A stretch of 27,481 nt of DNA from Treponema sp. (GTDB taxonomy: Bacteria; Spirochaetota; Spirochaetia; Treponematales; Breznakiellaceae): assembly GCA_031283905.1 (NCBI GenBank), contig JAITAW010000162.1:1-27481 (forward strand), written 5' to 3'. This document shows positions 25,086 to 27,481 of this stretch, piece after piece. Positions within the stretch are counted from its first letter, which is position 1; every line of letters starts with the position of its first letter. The notes under the pieces are model-generated. The model searched no databases, was not told the origin of the DNA, and saw only the letters and a list, made by a program, of their open reading frames with translations. Position numbers and translations under genes: made by a program.

Positions 25086-27239
25086 TTACGCCGTATATTG
25101 CAGCCTGTACAACTGCGCGTATACCCCGTCTTTTTTGATAAGCTCATCATGTGTGCCTTGTTCCGCGATACTGCCGTTTGAAAGCACGAGGATGCGATCA
25201 GCGTGGCGTATGGTGGAAAGCCGGTGCGCGATGACAATGGAGGTTCTGCCCGCAAGCGTCCGCGCCATACCGGCTTGAATGGCGCGTTCGGTTTCCGTAT
25301 CAATGGAACTCGTGGCTTCGTCCAGTACAACGACGGATGGATTATGGGCGATGACCCGCGCAAAACTGATAAGCTGCCTTTGCCCGGAAGAAATATTGGC
25401 GGCGCCTTCGGAAAGCGTCGTATTGTATCCATCCGGCAATGTACGGATGAATGCGTCCGCGCAGACCGCGCACGCCGCTTCCCGCACCTCATCATCACTC
25501 ATGGCAAGCCCCAGTCTGATATTGTCCGCAACCGTACCGGAAAACAAGAACACATCCTGCAAGACAGGCAGCACGCGGGAACGAAGCTCGTCAAGCGGAA
25601 TGTCCTTGACCGGAACGCCGTCAAGAAGAATAACGCCGCTGTCAATATCCCATAGACGGGTCAGAAGGTTTGTAACGGTGGTTTTGCCTGCGCCCGTATA
25701 GCCCACAATAGCAACCATCTCGCCGGGGTTTACGGCAAACGTAAGCCCTTTCAGAACTTCCTCGCCCTGTTTGTAAGAAAACCATACGTTTTCAAATGCA
25801 ACGCCGGCGATAGTACCGGCGGAAACGCCGTTGGCGGCGCCCGCTTTTCCCTTTGTTATATGATGAGTCCCGGCATCGGGAATGGCTTCATCCGTGTCGA
25901 GCAGCGTGAACACCCGCTCGCCGCCTGCCATTGCGGACTGGAGCAGCGTGAACTTTTCCGCAATATCGGTAACGGGATTGTAAAACATACTCACAAGGCT
26001 GATGAAGGCGATAAGGACGCCCAGTGAAAGCGACAGGTTAAGGATAAAAATCCCGCCCATAACAATGACAACCGCGGTAGTAGCGATGGAAAACCACTCG
26101 ACAACCGGACGGAATGTCGCGTATACATACATTTCTCCAAGGTTTGCCTGCAAAAGCTCGTTATTGCGTTCGGCCATATCCTCGCCGCTCTTCTTTTCCG
26201 CGGCGAAAAGCTGAACCACTTGTACGCCGGAAAGCCGCTCGGACAAGTAGGCGGTTACCAGAGAAGAAGCCGTACGCTGCCTTCGGAAAGCATCCCGCGC
26301 CCTCACCCGCGCCCATGCGGTTATCGCAATCACCGGCGGTATCAGCACGATTACAAACAGCGCAAGCTTCGCGGACAGCAGGAACAACGTGATGAGCGAT
26401 CCGATCATAATCGAGAAATCTTTGAGAAAGGCGGAAAGCGCATCGGTAAAAAATTGGTTGATCGTTTCAACATCGCCCGTCAAGCGGGTAACAATGCGCC
26501 CCACCGGATGACGGGAGAGGAACGCGCTTGACTGTCCGGCGGTTTTTTTGAAGAGCGCCAGCCGTATGTCCTTCATTATCCGCTGCCCTACGAGGGTTGT
26601 GGACCATATTTGAATAAAGGTGAATGCAAAAACAAGAATCAGCAGCGCAAGCACGATGACGACCGTACGGATAATAAAAGAAATGTCCCCCGCCCTCACC
26701 GCCGCTTTTTCCCGCATTGAGAGAGACGCGAGATCTTTTTCACGTATCGCCGCTTTGCCGTTTTCTGTTATAAAAAGGTCTTGTCTGTCCTGAATGACGG
26801 CCGCCGCCGCCGGATAAGAAGACGCGGCGTAATGAAACGCATACCACAACTCCGTTTCCAGAACGCCGGATTCCCTCAGTTCTTTTTCTACGTCAGCCCG
26901 CATTTTCGTGTTCTGATTTTGTAACACAAAGAACATGGAACCGATTTGTATGGCGCTTTTAGCGTTTTTGAACTCCGCAAGGGTATTTCGCGCTTCCGGA
27001 GACAGGTTGCCGCCGCCGCTTTTCTCACAAGAAAAAGCGATGAAACGGGCGAGAATGGCGTTGTCTATAACCCTCTGCTGCAAGACAGGAATGAGCAGTT
27101 CTCCTACGGTTGACGCGAGAAGCGCGACAATAATAAGCGCGGTCAGCCCGCGATATGGTTTGAGATAAGAGAGCAGGCGGGTAAAAATGACGCCGTCGTA
27201 CTTTTTCACAATATCATCGGTCTCAAAATAGCCGGACAT
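25086..27239 (-). CDS. ABC exporter, fused permease/ATPase (half transporter)
   Basis: TMD plus NBD with GYTGAGKT, ISSGQRQLISFAR, VVLDEATSSID and IAHRLSTI. ATG 27239 (MSGYFETDD) is preferred to the track's TTG 27275, which is the -35 box. Confidence 0.93.
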   Translation of the reverse strand: MSGYFETDDIVKKYDGVIFTRLLSYLKPYRGLTALIIVALLASTVGELLIPVLQQRVIDNAILARFIAFSCEKSGGGNLSPEARNTLAEFKNAKSAIQIGSMFFVLQNQNTKMRADVEKELRESGVLETELWYAFHYAASSYPAAAAVIQDRQDLFITENGKAAIREKDLASLSMREKAAVRAGDISFIIRTVVIVLALLILVFAFTFIQIWSTTLVGQRIMKDIRLALFKKTAGQSSAFLSRHPVGRIVTRLTGDVETINQFFTDALSAFLKDFSIMIGSLITLFLLSAKLALFVIVLIPPVIAITAWARVRARDAFRRQRTASSLVTAYLSERLSGVQVVQLFAAEKKSGEDMAERNNELLQANLGEMYVYATFRPVVEWFSIATTAVVIVMGGIFILNLSLSLGVLIAFISLVSMFYNPVTDIAEKFTLLQSAMAGGERVFTLLDTDEAIPDAGTHHITKGKAGAANGVSAGTIAGVAFENVWFSYKQGEEVLKGLTFAVNPGEMVAIVGYTGAGKTTVTNLLTRLWDIDSGVILLDGVPVKDIPLDELRSRVLPVLQDVFLFSGTVADNIRLGLAMSDDEVREAACAVCADAFIRTLPDGYNTTLSEGAANISSGQRQLISFARVIAHNPSVVVLDEATSSIDTETERAIQAGMARTLAGRTSIVIAHRLSTIRHADRILVLSNGSIAEQGTHDELIKKDGVYAQLYRLQYTA

Positions 27240-27246
27240 AGGAGAA

Positions 27247-27275
27247 AGTATATAGTGTTTTGGGAAAGGAAGCAA
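27247..27275 (-). promoter_or_regulatory. Sigma70 promoter 7 nt upstream of the ABC exporter ATG
   Basis: Minus strand TTGCTT (27275-27270), 17 bp, TATACT (27252-27247). Confidence 0.7.
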
Positions 27276-27283
27276 GGCGGAGT

Positions 27284-27307
27284 TGACGCCGGATGCCGCC
27301 GGCGTCA
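27284..27307 (-). terminator. Perfect 9-bp hairpin immediately after the ADP-ribosylglycohydrolase stop
   Basis: TGACGCCGG-ATGCCG-CCGGCGTCA; no U-tract on the minus strand. Confidence 0.45.
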
Positions 27308-27311
27308 GAAA

Positions 27312-27481
27312 TTATTTCCGGTACTTAGCCGAAAAGGGCATGATCACATCTTTCATTAAATTGGGTCCCAGAATAACCGAAACAAAGCCGGTAATATCTT
27401 CGGGGATTTCTCCGTAAAAGGCCTCCGCAATACCGCCCGCAATACACGCGATGGTGTCGCTGTCGCCGCCAATCGACACGG
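27312..27481 (-). CDS. ADP-ribosylglycohydrolase (DraG/ARH family), C-terminal part only; not in the ORF track
   Basis: Minus strand reads VSIGGDSDTIACIAGGIAEAFYGEIPEDITGFVSVILGPNLMKDVIMPFSAKYRK*. GGDSDT is the metal-binding motif of the family. Confidence 0.85.
   Translation of the reverse strand, partial: VSIGGDSDTIACIAGGIAEAFYGEIPEDITGFVSVILGPNLMKDVIMPFSAKYRK

Noticed and set aside
1-27481. tRNA/rRNA genes, prophage or cas genes
   Set aside because: No such sequence signatures were seen by eye; tRNAscan-SE and barrnap were not run.

Overview
The window looks like a chromosomal segment of a spirochaete, most likely a Treponema-like organism. That assignment is inferred from the tandem FlaA sheath paralogues and the style of the IS remnants and multicopy genes, which resemble termite-gut treponemes. 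Most of the window (3367-22405 and 24201-27481) is intact housekeeping DNA: V-ATPase B/D plus USP, fba, two flaA, an ECF S-AA'-T transporter, M23/bactofilin/YaaR/RicT, cheB/cheR, pyrG-lptCAB, rlmJ, an ABC exporter and a partial ADP-ribosylglycohydrolase. Two accessory zones stand out. (1) 1-3100 holds an AT-rich, decayed minus-strand operon: HerA-type ATPase, then a DUF4338 (DruA-like) gene, then a type III Mod-like N6-adenine methyltransferase. It is cut at one end by an IS5-family remnant and at the other by a ~550-bp GC-rich, hairpin-dense non-coding insert. A HerA/DUF4338/MTase arrangement is not canonical Druantia and is the best candidate for an undescribed defence system, but every gene is broken in this copy. 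(2) 22405-24200 holds two ~100-bp direct repeats built of 22-bp-period units, a frameshifted 'GPWGP'-family gene and a decayed transposase N-terminus. Four genes (cheR, pyrG, rlmJ, ABC exporter) look leaderless, and a candidate switchable RNA leader precedes the ECF operon. The supplied ORF track gives the wrong strand for 12136..12966, which is on +. All family calls come from motif recognition; no database search was run.
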